From an uncultured Gammaproteobacteria bacterium (GTDB taxonomy: Bacteria; Pseudomonadota; Gammaproteobacteria; Steroidobacterales; Steroidobacteraceae), in contig CAWBUE010000001.1 of assembly GCA_963791825.1 (NCBI GenBank), positions 276,007 through 340,006 on the forward strand: DNA of 64,000 bases, written 5' to 3'. This document shows, in pieces, positions 10,004 through 21,901 of the stretch. The position numbers and the translations under genes are program-made. The notes under the pieces are model-generated. The model was given only the letters and a program-made list of their open reading frames with translations. It made no database searches and was not told the DNA's origin. Within the stretch, counting starts at the first letter, position 1, and every line of letters starts with the position of its first letter.

Positions 10004-10735
10004 TCAAAACGCCGTATTGTTGGAATTCTGGTATTGCTGCAGCCGACTATCGATTTCCCGAATGCCGAGCATGGCCAGGGACGGCAACACCATGTCGGCG
10101 GCGGAGAAATCCTCGGCATGGGTCCAATAACTCGGCGTCACGACGGTGCAGAGGCCGGCGCTCTTGGCTGCGTTAAGTCCATGGGAGGAATCTTCGATGG
10201 CCACGCATTCGAGCGCCGAGCGGTCCAGCTCACGCAGCACGAATCGGTAGATTTCGGGTGCGGGCTTCTTACGCCGCACTTGGTCGCCGGCGCCGACCAC
10301 GGCAAAACGTTGCAAGGAGTAGCGCCCAAGCGTTGCACGCAGCAGCGCCTCGATATTCGAAAGCGTCGTCGTCGAGGCGATCGCCAATTGGACGTTCACC
10401 GAGACGGCCTCCTCGATGAGGCGTTTCACCCCGTCGCGCAGGGAGATATGTCCTCCTGCCACCACTGACGCGTAGACATCGGTTTTGGTGCTGTGGATGG
10501 CCGGGATACGCTCGATGAGCGCGCGCCGCTCGTCGGGAACGAGCGGCAGCGAATCGATGTAAGCCCGGAGCCGTTCCTTGCCACCGGCGATCGACAGCAA
10601 GTGTGCATAGTGCGGCTTGCTCCAAGTCCAATCCAGGCCGTGCAGGCGGAAGGCCTCATTGAAAGCGGTGCGATGGGCTTCCTCGGTGTCCGCCAGAGTC
10701 CCGTCGACATCGAAGATCAGCGCCTTGAGCTTCAC
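10004..10735 (-). CDS. cbbY: CbbY-type HAD phosphatase (xylulose-1,5-bisphosphate phosphatase family)
   Basis: [27 protein letters not shown] motif I in a CbbY-like sequence. The GTG start overlaps the cbbX stop (GTGA). Confidence 0.85.
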   Translation of the reverse strand: MKLKALIFDVDGTLADTEEAHRTAFNEAFRLHGLDWTWSKPHYAHLLSIAGGKERLRAYIDSLPLVPDERRALIERIPAIHSTKTDVYASVVAGGHISLRDGVKRLIEEAVSVNVQLAIASTTTLSNIEALLRATLGRYSLQRFAVVGAGDQVRRKKPAPEIYRFVLRELDRSALECVAIEDSSHGLNAAKSAGLCTVVTPSYWTHAEDFSAADMVLPSLAMLGIREIDSRLQQYQNSNNTAF

Positions 10736-11679
10736 GCAAACACCCGGCTCGCGCGCACGTCCTCGCCTTCGATGGTCATGAGTTCATCGCGCGTGAGCTG
10801 CCGCCTCGTTTGCGCAAACAGGCGGTTGGCCTGGCGCAGGCGCGCCCGGTCCAAAGCGTTGCGGATCGAGCGTGCGTTTGCGAAGTGGGGCTGTTGCATG
10901 CGCAGCGGGATGTACTCATGCAGGGCGGCGAGGCCGGAGGCACTCAAACGGTATTGCATGCCTTGCAACATGCGCTGCGCGATCTCTTCCAGTTCCTGGG
11001 GGACGTAGTCCGGAAAGTCGACGTGATGCGCGATGCGGGAACTGAGGCCGGGGTTCGAACGAAAAAACGCCTCCATTCGACCCTTGTAGCCGGCCAAGAC
11101 GACCACCAGATCATCGCGCTGGTTTTCCATCACTTGAAGGAGGATCTCGATCGCTTCTTGTCCGTAGTCGCGCTCATTCTCGGGCCGGTACAAGTAGTAC
11201 GCTTCATCGATGAAGAGCACGCCGCCCATCGCCTTCTTCAGCACTTCCTTGGTTTTGGGTGCCGTGTGTCCGATGTATTGGCCGACCAGATCATCCCGGG
11301 TCACCGCGACCAGGTGGCCTTTGCGCACGTAGCCAAGGCGGTGCAGGATTTCGGCCATCCGCAGAGCCACGGTCGTCTTGCCCGTGCCCGGGTTCCCGGT
11401 AAAGGACATGTGCAGGCTCGGCGCGCATGCAGACAGCTTGAGGTTCATCCGAAGTTTGTCGATCACCAGCAACGCCGCGATGTCGCGGATGCGGCTCTTC
11501 ACCGGTGCGAGGCCTATCAGATCGCGGTCGAGCTCGTCGATGACTGCGCCGGCCTGGCTCTGGGCGAGCACGTCGGTGACCGTGCGCGCACCCGCGGTGG
11601 CGTCGGCGGCTTGCGTGTCGGCCGGCGCGTCGAGCGCGGGCGCATGTTGCCCCGGGATTTGGTACAGCGGTGCAGCCAT
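10732..11679 (-). CDS. cbbX: CbbX AAA+ ATPase (red-type RuBisCO activase)
   Basis: Walker [10 protein letters not shown], Walker [11 protein letters not shown], and full-length CbbX-like sequence directly downstream of cbbS. Confidence 0.95.
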   Translation of the reverse strand: MAAPLYQIPGQHAPALDAPADTQAADATAGARTVTDVLAQSQAGAVIDELDRDLIGLAPVKSRIRDIAALLVIDKLRMNLKLSACAPSLHMSFTGNPGTGKTTVALRMAEILHRLGYVRKGHLVAVTRDDLVGQYIGHTAPKTKEVLKKAMGGVLFIDEAYYLYRPENERDYGQEAIEILLQVMENQRDDLVVVLAGYKGRMEAFFRSNPGLSSRIAHHVDFPDYVPQELEEIAQRMLQGMQYRLSASGLAALHEYIPLRMQQPHFANARSIRNALDRARLRQANRLFAQTRRQLTRDELMTIEGEDVRASRVFA

Positions 11680-11681
11680 AC

Positions 11682-12086
11682 TTAACGGCCGTGCACCGTA
11701 TAGCGAATCGTGCGGCCGTGCGTTTCCTGCCGTGTGAGGCCGAAGCCGGGCTCATTCTCCGGACGATTGACGATGAAGCTCATCACGATGGTCTCGACTC
11801 CTCGCCGGGAATCGAACGCCATCAGCCGGATGTAGTGCCGAGGAAATGTCTTGCGGCAGGCTTGCACTTCGAGCATGACGCCGGCGGCATCCTTGAGGTC
11901 GAACATTGGAATGCCGAACATTTCCCAGTAGGTATTGCGGGGATGCGGGTCATCCGTATATTCGACGCTCCAGGCATAACCCTTATCGAGTCCGTACTGA
12001 ATCTGCAGCGAAATTTCCGCATCCGTCAGCTCGGGAAGGTAGCTGAACTGACCCTGCGTGATCCGCCTTACCGGGTTCGTCATCAT
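11682..12086 (-). CDS. cbbS: RuBisCO small subunit (red-type form I)
   Basis: [18 protein letters not shown]...[11 protein letters not shown] with the long C-terminal extension typical of form IC/ID small subunits. Confidence 0.95.
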   Translation of the reverse strand: MMTNPVRRITQGQFSYLPELTDAEISLQIQYGLDKGYAWSVEYTDDPHPRNTYWEMFGIPMFDLKDAAGVMLEVQACRKTFPRHYIRLMAFDSRRGVETIVMSFIVNRPENEPGFGLTRQETHGRTIRYTVHGR

Positions 12087-12105
12087 CGCGCGTGCTCCTT
12101 GAGAC

Positions 12106-13641
<1,536 letters not shown>

Positions 13642-13651
13642 TCAGTTATTG

Positions 13652-13666
13652 TTAACGCAACGATAA
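13652..13666. promoter_or_regulatory. candidate CbbR (LysR-type) box in the 92-nt cbbR-cbbL divergent spacer
   Basis: TTAACGCAACGATAA is a TTA-N9-TAA imperfect dyad (10 of 15 positions self-complementary). It fits the T-N11-A LysR architecture. Position is the only other support. Confidence 0.3.
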
Positions 13667-13676
13667 GTATTGCTTA

Positions 13677-14594
13677 ATGAAGAACGCAACCCTCCGCCAG
13701 CTGCGCATCTTTGCCTCCGTGGCCCGGCACCTGAGCTTCATTCGCGCAGCGGAGGAGATGAAGCTCACCGCACCTGCCGTATCGATGCAGATCAAGGAGC
13801 TCGAGCTCGAAGTCGGATTGCCGCTTTTCGATCGAACGAGCCGCCAAGTCTCGCTCACCATGGTCGGCGAATACATGCTCGCGCACACCCGCCGAGTTCT
13901 TTCCGCCATGCGCGATGCGGAGGACTTGGTCGCGCGTTTTCGCGGCCTACAGACAGGTCCGCTCGATGTGGGAATGGTCAGTACCGCCAAGTATTTCTTG
14001 CCGCGCTTGCTCGCGCAATTTCGTCAGGAACATCCAGGCATCGAGATTCGGCTGCAAGTGGCCAACAACCGCGAACAGATCGTGGCCCTGATGCAGCAAG
14101 GTGATATCGAACTGGCCATCATGGGGAGGCCGCCCGAGGGGTGGCCGACGCGCGCCGAGCCCTTTGCGATGCATCCGCACGTTCTCGTGACGGCGATCGA
14201 TCACCGCTTCACGCATATGGAACTCGTGCCGGCTACCGCGCTCGCGGAGGAAGAGTTCATCGTGCGCGAGCCGAGGTCGGGCACGCGCGTGGCCTTCGAT
14301 GAATACATGCGGACGCATCAGCTGGCGCCTCGGATCGTCATGCAAATGTCCAGCAATGAAGCGATCAAGCAGGCGGTCATGGCCGGTATGGGCATATCGA
14401 TGCTGTCCCTGCACACGTTGGGACTGGAACTCAATCACCGCTTGATCGCCTCTCCGGACACGGAGGGTCTTCCCATCATGCGCCGCTGGCACGTGGTCAA
14501 GACTCACGCCAAAACCCTATCGCCCGCCGCCGAAGCGTTCCGCTATTTCATTCTCGAGCGCGGCGAGTCTTTTCTCGCGACTCAGTTTCCCTAG
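13677..14594 (+). CDS. cbbR: LysR-family transcriptional activator CbbR
   Basis: N-terminal wHTH LRQLRIFASVARHLSFIRAAEEMKLTAPAVSMQIKELE, and divergent from cbbL. Confidence 0.9.
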   Translation: MKNATLRQLRIFASVARHLSFIRAAEEMKLTAPAVSMQIKELELEVGLPLFDRTSRQVSLTMVGEYMLAHTRRVLSAMRDAEDLVARFRGLQTGPLDVGMVSTAKYFLPRLLAQFRQEHPGIEIRLQVANNREQIVALMQQGDIELAIMGRPPEGWPTRAEPFAMHPHVLVTAIDHRFTHMELVPATALAEEEFIVREPRSGTRVAFDEYMRTHQLAPRIVMQMSSNEAIKQAVMAGMGISMLSLHTLGLELNHRLIASPDTEGLPIMRRWHVVKTHAKTLSPAAEAFRYFILERGESFLATQFP

Positions 14595-14643
14595 CCGAAC
14601 CGGCAGGCAGGATCGCGGGGCCGAAGCGGCGGGGCGAACGGCG

Positions 14644-15561
14644 CTAGTGCGCTTGCGGCCGTTTGAGCAAGTCCACCCGATCCACCGAGCGCACATTCAA
14701 ATGCAGTCGCGTACCCCCGCGAATGGCGGTGAGCGGCACGCCCGTGCCGGCCGGTCCCACCGCCCAGAGGCGTCGATAGAAGTCGGGCAGAGTGGCGACG
14801 TCGTGTTCCGCGACGCGCATGATGAAATCCCCTTCGCGCACGTCGGCCAAATGCGCAGGGCCGCCCTCGGCCACTCCGGTCACATAGACTTTGCCCGTCA
14901 TCTCCGCCGCATACACGCCAAGCCACGGTCGCGATTGGCGGGAGGCACGCCCGCGGGTGGTCAACTCCTCGAGAATCGGTTTGAGCAAATCGATCGGCAC
15001 GAACATGTTGGCATTGATTTCCTCACCCTCGGTCAACTCGCGCACGAGCAAGGACCCCACGCCCGCCAGACGGCCGTGGCCGTCGATCAACGCAGAGCCT
15101 GACCAATGAGGATGGGCCGGAGCGGCGAATATCGCATCCTCGAGAAGATATTCCCATGCACCCGCGAACTCGCGGCGTGCAAAGATTTGCACCGGCTGCG
15201 GCTCCGCGAACTCGGGCGAACTTACCGCAAATGCCTGATCGCCGACGCGAAGATCCGCAGACGATCCTAAGGGAACGGGCGCAATGTCCGCCTTTTCCAG
15301 CGGCAGCACCAACCCGAATCCGGTCACTTGGTCGTATGCCAAGGGGTGAGCCGCGAGTTCGCGGCCGTCCGGGGTCGTCAACCACACGTCGGTGGCCTCC
15401 GTCACCAAGTAGCCAATGGTCAAGATCAATCCGTTCGAGTCGATGACGACGCCGTTGCCGGTGCGCTGCGACCCCAAGATACCGGCGGTGAAAGCATCCT
15501 CGGGAACCTCGGCGCGGAGCTTCACTACGGATCGGCTGATACCTTCCAAATCGACCTGCAT
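14644..15561 (-). CDS. trypsin-like (S1C) serine protease with C-terminal PDZ-like domain
   Basis: GNGVVIDSNGLILTIGYLV, a region around WSGSALID where the catalytic-Ser motif is expected, and a PDZ-like GVYVTGVAEGGPA. The ATG at 15561 has AGGAG 5 nt upstream and lies 33 nt after the Rieske gene stop. Confidence 0.75.
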   Translation of the reverse strand: MQVDLEGISRSVVKLRAEVPEDAFTAGILGSQRTGNGVVIDSNGLILTIGYLVTEATDVWLTTPDGRELAAHPLAYDQVTGFGLVLPLEKADIAPVPLGSSADLRVGDQAFAVSSPEFAEPQPVQIFARREFAGAWEYLLEDAIFAAPAHPHWSGSALIDGHGRLAGVGSLLVRELTEGEEINANMFVPIDLLKPILEELTTRGRASRQSRPWLGVYAAEMTGKVYVTGVAEGGPAHLADVREGDFIMRVAEHDVATLPDFYRRLWAVGPAGTGVPLTAIRGGTRLHLNVRSVDRVDLLKRPQAH

Positions 15562-15593
15562 TGCAGCTCCTGATTTAGTCTGTCGATGCGCCT

Positions 15594-16883
15594 CTACGCA
15601 AGCGAATATCCGAACTGCGCCAAGTACCACTGCTGAAAAGTCACGACCCGGCGTTCATGTTCCGAATAGCGACCGGGCCGATAATGCTTCGACATAATCC
15701 CGGCCTGATTGTTCTCCGTGATTATCTTGTCTTGTTTCGTGGTCTCGTCCCAGCCCCAGATCATTCGGCGGACGTCGACTTCCGATGCATTGCCGTCGAC
15801 GATCCAAAACAGATCCACATCCGTATGCATGGTGCTACGGGGCGTGAAGAGAAACAATACTGCGAAATCGTTAGTGGCGACCAGCTGCGTGAAAGGGCTG
15901 AACGACAGGTACATCCTGCCTTGGTCGAATCCCAAGCGCTTGCCCATCAACGATGAGGCCGGTCTGCCGTCCTGAGTTTCGGATTCGTAGCCTTCTCGAA
16001 TCGTTCGCTGCAGCAGAAGCCTGAGGTGCGACGAATCCGGCCCGTCGTCCACGGTACCGAGCGGGCGCCCGAGGCTCGCTGCCCGGGCTTCCCATGCCTT
16101 GAGTGCCGGCAGATACTTTTCGACCGCTTCCGCCGGCCCGGAACTCGGTCCGGCGCCGAAGGCAATGAGCGCCTCCGGCGGGTGCATGGAGCAAAATTCC
16201 GGGTGCGCCGGCGCGCAGTGATAGCACTCGACGAAATTCTCGACGACCAGCTTCCAGTTCGCCGCCGTCGGATAGGACTCGGCATGGGCGATTTTCGCGT
16301 CCGCGAATCCGTGGAACGCGAGATAAGGCTCGAGATCCGCGAACGTCGCATCGAAATCCACCGGCGCCTCGTCGGACAGATTGATGAAAATAAAACCGTG
16401 GAAAACCCGGATGTGGCAGCGGTGCAGGCCGTTGTCCTTTTTCGAAAAATCCGCCGGCATCAATCGGGCAGCAAGCAGGGCGCCGTCGAGTCCATAGCTC
16501 CAAGCATGATAGCCGCAGGTGAGACGCGCCACGCGCCCCTCGGGTTTGGTGCAGATGAGGGAGCCGCGGTGCCGGCAGACGTTGTAAAACGCGTTGATGG
16601 TCGATTCATCGCTGCGAACGATGATGATCGATTCGTTGCCGATCTTGTACAGAAAATAATCGCCCTTGTTGCGGACCCGGTCGACGTGCCCGGCGACCAG
16701 CCATTTGCGGCCGACGACTTGGTCCATGTCCGCGGCGAACACCGCATCGTCGCAGTAGAACTTCTGATCCAAGCTGAATCCGCTCTTGGTACCTGCGGCC
16801 AACCGCGCGATTAGGGGGTATTCACCCCTGATATTGCTCATACCCGTGCTATTGCTCATACCCGTGATATTGCTCCCACCCAT
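15594..16883 (-). CDS. Rieske [2Fe-2S] non-haem-iron oxygenase alpha subunit, GbcA/CntA/Stc2-like
   Basis: Rieske motif CRHRGSLIC...CGYHAWSY and mononuclear-iron region ENFVECYHCAPAHPEF. AGGAGAG Shine-Dalgarno before the ATG at 16883. Confidence 0.9.
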   Translation of the reverse strand: MGGSNITGMSNSTGMSNIRGEYPLIARLAAGTKSGFSLDQKFYCDDAVFAADMDQVVGRKWLVAGHVDRVRNKGDYFLYKIGNESIIIVRSDESTINAFYNVCRHRGSLICTKPEGRVARLTCGYHAWSYGLDGALLAARLMPADFSKKDNGLHRCHIRVFHGFIFINLSDEAPVDFDATFADLEPYLAFHGFADAKIAHAESYPTAANWKLVVENFVECYHCAPAHPEFCSMHPPEALIAFGAGPSSGPAEAVEKYLPALKAWEARAASLGRPLGTVDDGPDSSHLRLLLQRTIREGYESETQDGRPASSLMGKRLGFDQGRMYLSFSPFTQLVATNDFAVLFLFTPRSTMHTDVDLFWIVDGNASEVDVRRMIWGWDETTKQDKIITENNQAGIMSKHYRPGRYSEHERRVVTFQQWYLAQFGYSLA

Positions 16884-16886
16884 GAT
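16833..16886 (-). repeat. 3 x 18-bp tandem repeat covering the start codon region of the Rieske oxygenase gene
   Basis: Plus strand reads attgctcatacccgtgct / attgctcatacccgtgat / attgctcccacccatgat. Each unit carries an in-frame ATG, giving MGGSNITGMSNSTGMSNI. Confidence 0.9.
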
Positions 16887-16912
16887 AGTGCTCTCCTGCC
16901 TCGAGTCGGTGT

Positions 16913-19361
16913 TCAGTGCTTGATCCGTTCATTCTGTGGGTCGTACAAAGGCCGCAACGAGGCGGTCGCCGCGTGACGGACGCCTGCGACTTCGATTTCG
17001 AAGTCGTCGGGCCCGATCGGATCGATCGCGGCGCCGTTCGGCGCCGTCACATAACCAAGCCCCACCGCCGCGCCCAGCGAATGGGCGTACATCCCCGAGC
17101 GAATGAATCCGACGATCGAGTCGCCCCGCCATATCGGTTCGTTGTGGTACAACAACGGTTCGGAAGACTTGAGCTTGAATTGAACCAGGCGCTTGCGCAC
17201 GCCGGTTTGCTTCTGCCGCAAGAGCGCCTCGCGGCCTATGAAGCCGCCCGGTTTGTCCCATTTGACGGCAAACCCCAGCCCCGCCTCCAGCGGCGTGTCT
17301 TCGTCGGTGATGTCGTGACCCCAATGCCGATATGCCTTTTCGATGCGCAACGAGTTCAGTGCGTGATAGCCCGCGTGAACAAGGTTGTAGCGCACGCCGG
17401 CGCCCACCAATTCGTCGTACACGCCTTGCATGAATTCAGTCGGCACATAGAGTTCCCAGCCCAATTCACCGACATAGGTGATACGCGATGCGCGCACCAG
17501 GGCAAACCCGAGTTCGATCACCTGACTGGAGGCGAAAGGGAATGCCGCGTCCGACATATCGTGCGGCGTGAGCGATTGCAGCAACTCGCGCGATCGGGGG
17601 CCCATCACCGACAATACCCCCATTCCGGACGTGACATTGGTCGCGACGCAATTTGCCCCGCGTTCGACGTGCCGCTGCAGCCAATTGAAATCCTTGCTTT
17701 CGGTTTCCGCGCCGCTCACGATCAAGTACGCCGTCTCGCTCAAGCGGGTCACGGTAAGATCCGCCTCGATGCCGCCCCGCTCATTCAGCCACTGCGTGTA
17801 GATGATTTTTCCCGGCGCTACATCGATATCATTGGCGCAAATTCGATTGAGCACTCGAGCCGCATCGGCCCCCTCGAGCCGGAATTTGGCGAACGAGGAT
17901 TGGTCGAACAGTCCCGCGTCCGAGCGCACCCCCTGGTGTTCTTTCGCACTGCAGTCGAACCAGTTCTGGCGGCCGTAGCTGTATTCGTACCGCGGCGCCG
18001 TCCCGGAGGGAGCAAACCAGTTGGCGCGTTCCCAGCCGAAAGCTTCGCCGAAACAGGCGCCGGCCGCCGCCAAACGATCGTGCAGGGCCGATTTGCGCAC
18101 GCCTCGCGCCGTTTCGTATTGGCGGAACGGCCAATGCGTCGCGTAAAGGAGCCCAAGGCTCTCCGAGACCCGCGCCCGCAGGTATTTGCGATTGATCTGG
18201 AACGGCATATTTCGCCGCACGTCGACCTCCCATAGATCGACGGGCGGGTGTCCGTCGCGGATCCATTCCGATACCACCTTTCCGATCCCGCCGGCCGACT
18301 GCAGTCCGATGGAATTGAGCCCGGCGGCGACGAAGCAGTTCGCAAGTTCGATCGACTCGCCAAGGTGATAGCGCACGTCCGGCGTGAAGCTCTCGGGACC
18401 GCAGAAGAACTTCTGAATGCCGGCTTTTTCCAGCGCGGGAATGCGGCGCATGGCGTCGAGCAGCACCGGTTCGAAATGGCCGAAGTCGCCGGCGATCTCG
18501 CCGAAGGAAAAATCCTCGGGAATTCCCTCGACGGCCCATGGCACGGGCGTGGGGTTCGAACGCGCCGACCAGCAATTTGCCGGCATCGTATTTGAAATAG
18601 CTGCAATGATCATAATCGCGCAGCACCGGCATATCCGGGGTGAGGCCGGGCACATCCTTGAACAACGCGTAATAGTGCTCGCAGGCGTGCAGCGGCACGG
18701 TGACCCCGATGCCGGCGGCAAGGTCGCGAGTCCACATGCCGCCGCATAGCACGACAAAATCGGCGCCGATCGGTCCGCGGTCCGTTTGCACGCCGCTGAC
18801 GCGCCGCCCGTCATGACGGATCGCGGTAACCTTGAGGTCCTGCAAAATGAGCGCGCCGCGGCTACGCGCACCCTTGGCGAGCGCCTGCGTGATGTCCACT
18901 GCATTGGCATAGCCGTCGCTCGGTATGTGAATGCCGCCGATGACGTCTTCGAGATTCGCGAGCGGATACAGCGAGCGGATCTCTGCCGGCCCGACGACGT
19001 TGACCGTGAGACCGAATACCTTCGCCATGGAGGCGTTGCGCTTGAGTTCTTCCATGCGGCCGGGCGTGGTCGCCAACGACAATGAGCCGCATTGCCGGTA
19101 GCCGGTCGCCTGTCCGGTCTCGGCTTCGAGACCGCGATACAACTCGCCGGTGTAGCGGGCGAGCTGCGTCATGTTGATGCTCTGGCGCAACTGGCCGACG
19201 AGGCCGGCCGCATGCCACGTCGTGCCGCTGGTCAGCGTTTTGCGTTCCAGCAGAACGATATCGCTCCAGCCCATCTTGGTGAGGTGGTAGGCGATGGAGC
19301 ACCCAATGACACCGCCGCCGACGATGACGACTCTTGCGCGCGCCGGCACATCGATCGCCAC
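16913..19361 (-). pseudogene. FAD-dependent oxidoreductase fused to a GcvT-type folate-binding domain (dimethylglycine/sarcosine dehydrogenase family), interrupted by a 1-nt frameshift
   Basis: ORF 17829..19361 supplies the DAO domain (VVIVGGGVIGCS...) up to KLLVGAFEP. ORF 16913..18910 continues with PTPVPWAVEGIPEDFSF... and the aminomethyltransferase domain. Removing one G from gggg at 18551..18554 joins them into 815 aa. Confidence 0.85.
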
Positions 19362-19370
19362 GCTAGGCCC

Positions 19371-21782
19371 TCATCCGCGAATTGTCCGGATCGAAAGCCG
19401 CGCAGCGCCAAGCACCGTCGCGGCGCGCCGCTCGCCTTGAATGAGCACGTCGAAGGCGCGCCCCGGCGCCGCAAATTCGGGCGCGACGCAGGCGAACGCC
19501 AAGCTCTTTCGGACTCGATGCCCGTAGGCGCCCGAGGTGACCACGCCGATACATCGATCCTGAAAGAGCACCGGCTCGCCGCCTCGCGCGTCGGTGTCGG
19601 TCGCCGCGATTTCGGCATACACGATTTTAAGGGGGCGCAACCCCTGCTCGAGCGTGGCCGCCTTGCCGACGAAGTCCGGCTTGCGGAAATCGATGAAGCG
19701 CGGCATGTCCGCTTCGAGCATGTTCAATTCATTGGTGAGCTCCGTTGACCAAGCCTTGTAGCCTTTTTCGATCCGCATGGTGTTGACCGCGTACAACCCA
19801 TAGTTTGCGATTCCGAATTTACGGCCGGCTTCCCATACGGCATCGTACAGTTCCGGCAGCGCTTCGATCCGTGGATGCAATTCCCAGCCGAGCTCGCCCA
19901 CGTAACTGACGCGCAGCGCGCGGACCCGGTGACCGGCGATGTCGATCTCGCGAGCCTGCAGCCAGCGAAACGCATCGTTGCCGAGATCCGCATCGGTCAG
20001 AAGGCTCAAGGTATCGCGTGAGCGCGGTCCGCTCACCACGAGCACACCGCGCTCTTCGGTGACGTTCTCGATGCGAACCTGTTCCCCGGGGGCAACGCTC
20101 TGGGTCAAAAGGTCCTGATCGCGCAGCTCAGCGGCGGCGGCGGACAGCGCATAGAACCGATCGTGCTCGAGCCGGGTCACGGTCATTTCGCCCTGTATTC
20201 GCCCCCCGGCAGAGAGCAGGTGCACGAGCGCGATGCCGCCGACCTTGCGCGGCACTTGGTTGGCGCCCACGCGGTTCAAAAAAGCTTCCGCTCCCGATCC
20301 GCGGATGTCGTACTTGGCGAATCCTGTCAGATCCAAAACGCCGACGCGCTCATGCACCGCCGCGACCTCATCCCGCACCACATCGAACACATTGTTGCGC
20401 CGATACCCATACTCCTCGACGCGGCCGTCGAGAGAAAACCATTTCGGGCGTTCCCAGCCGAAGGTCTCCGTATGCACACAGCCCTGGGCGGAAAGCTTGC
20501 CATGCAGCGGACTCGTCTTCCGCGGACGTCCCGCCATTTCTTCTTCGCCGGGCGCACGCGTGGTGAAGGTCAATCGATAGTCCTGGAACACCTTATCGCG
20601 CACATAGGCCGCATCGGCGAATCCTCCGAATCGCCGCGGATCGAATTCAGCCATGTTGATTTCGGCATCGCCGTGCAGCATCCACTGCGCAAGGTACTTG
20701 CCGCAGCCTCCGCCCTGGGCAATCCCGAATGAGGTACCGCAGCACATCCAAAAATTTCGCAAATTTGCGGCCGGACCGAGCAACGGCGCGCCGTCCGGAG
20801 TGTGTGGAATCGCGCCATTGATGACGCGGCGAATACCCACTTCCCCGAAGATCGGCATGCGCTCGATCGCCCGCTCGAGCCAAGGCGCAATGCGTTCGAG
20901 GTCGTCCGGAAACAATTCGTTCGAGGCTTCCCATTCGGGGAAACCTCGCGGTGCCCAGGCTTCGTGCAGCCCGGTGTTCTCGTAGATTCCCATCAACCCG
21001 GACTTCTGCTCCTGCCTGAAATAACCGGACGTGTACGAATCGCGCATCACGGGGATCTCCCCGCTGCGCTCCATAAAGGCCGGGATCGGATGGGTCACCA
21101 CATAATGGTGCTGCATGTTCGCGATGGGCGCGTCGGCACCGACCATCGCGGCGACTTGCCGTGCGTAGCAGCCGGCGGCATTGACCACCATCTCGGCGAC
21201 GACGCTGCCTTTTTCGGTGATCACTTCCCATTCACCGCCGGGGCGGCGGCGAATGTCGATCACGCGATTGTGGCGCATCACGGTGGCACCCAGGTCGCGC
21301 GCCGCTTTGGCGAGTGCGTTGCAAAGTCCGGACGGGTCGCCGTGGCCGTCGTCCGTGGTCCAGGCCGCGGCGATCACATTATCCGTCGTCAGGAACGGAT
21401 TCAGGCGTTTGATCTCCTCGAGACCGACGATCTCCATTCCAAATCCGATGCTTTTCGAATATCCGTGCACATATTTGAGCCAGTCGAGTTCACGTTTGTT
21501 GGTCGCGAGCCTAAGGCCGCCGCAGGGGTGCCAGCTCACGTATTGGCCTGTCAGCGTCTCGAGCTTGGGATAGAGTTGATTGCTGTAGGCGTGAATTTTG
21601 GCAAGGTTGAAGCTCCCGGTGATGCTCGGGCACTGGCCGGCGGCATGCCACGTCGATCCTGAGGTGAGCTCGCCTTTTTCGATCAACAGCGTGTCCGAGC
21701 AGCCCTCCAAGGCGAGATGATATAGAAGGCTTGCGCCCATCATGCCGCCGCCGACGACGACGACCCGTGCGTTTGTTTTCAT
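19371..21782 (-). CDS. FAD-dependent oxidoreductase with GcvT domain (dimethylglycine/sarcosine dehydrogenase family), second paralogue
   Basis: VVVVGGGMMGAS dinucleotide fold and a C-terminal GcvT domain (RVSYVGELGWELH). Start placed at the ATG at 21782. The last ~8 codons look shifted: an alternative frame ends ...AAFDPDNSRMRA with its stop at 19363. Confidence 0.88.
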   Translation of the reverse strand: MKTNARVVVVGGGMMGASLLYHLALEGCSDTLLIEKGELTSGSTWHAAGQCPSITGSFNLAKIHAYSNQLYPKLETLTGQYVSWHPCGGLRLATNKRELDWLKYVHGYSKSIGFGMEIVGLEEIKRLNPFLTTDNVIAAAWTTDDGHGDPSGLCNALAKAARDLGATVMRHNRVIDIRRRPGGEWEVITEKGSVVAEMVVNAAGCYARQVAAMVGADAPIANMQHHYVVTHPIPAFMERSGEIPVMRDSYTSGYFRQEQKSGLMGIYENTGLHEAWAPRGFPEWEASNELFPDDLERIAPWLERAIERMPIFGEVGIRRVINGAIPHTPDGAPLLGPAANLRNFWMCCGTSFGIAQGGGCGKYLAQWMLHGDAEINMAEFDPRRFGGFADAAYVRDKVFQDYRLTFTTRAPGEEEMAGRPRKTSPLHGKLSAQGCVHTETFGWERPKWFSLDGRVEEYGYRRNNVFDVVRDEVAAVHERVGVLDLTGFAKYDIRGSGAEAFLNRVGANQVPRKVGGIALVHLLSAGGRIQGEMTVTRLEHDRFYALSAAAAELRDQDLLTQSVAPGEQVRIENVTEERGVLVVSGPRSRDTLSLLTDADLGNDAFRWLQAREIDIAGHRVRALRVSYVGELGWELHPRIEALPELYDAVWEAGRKFGIANYGLYAVNTMRIEKGYKAWSTELTNELNMLEADMPRFIDFRKPDFVGKAATLEQGLRPLKIVYAEIAATDTDARGGEPVLFQDRCIGVVTSGAYGHRVRKSLAFACVAPEFAAPGRAFDVLIQGERRAATVLGAARLSIRTIRG

Positions 21783-21901
21783 CTCAATCCGATTGCGTGA
21801 GCGGGGAGGTTGGTTGGCCACAATAAATTGATCGCTCATCGCCATACAACCCAGAATTTTGATACCTTTGACCCTTAATTTTTCACGCGAGGGTTGCCCG
21901 T

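Noticed and set aside
18540-18565. Programmed ribosomal frameshifting as an explanation for the split genes.
   Set aside because: The break sites share no slippery heptamer or downstream structure, occur in unrelated genes, and go in both directions (+1 and -1). Indel error or mutation is the simpler explanation.
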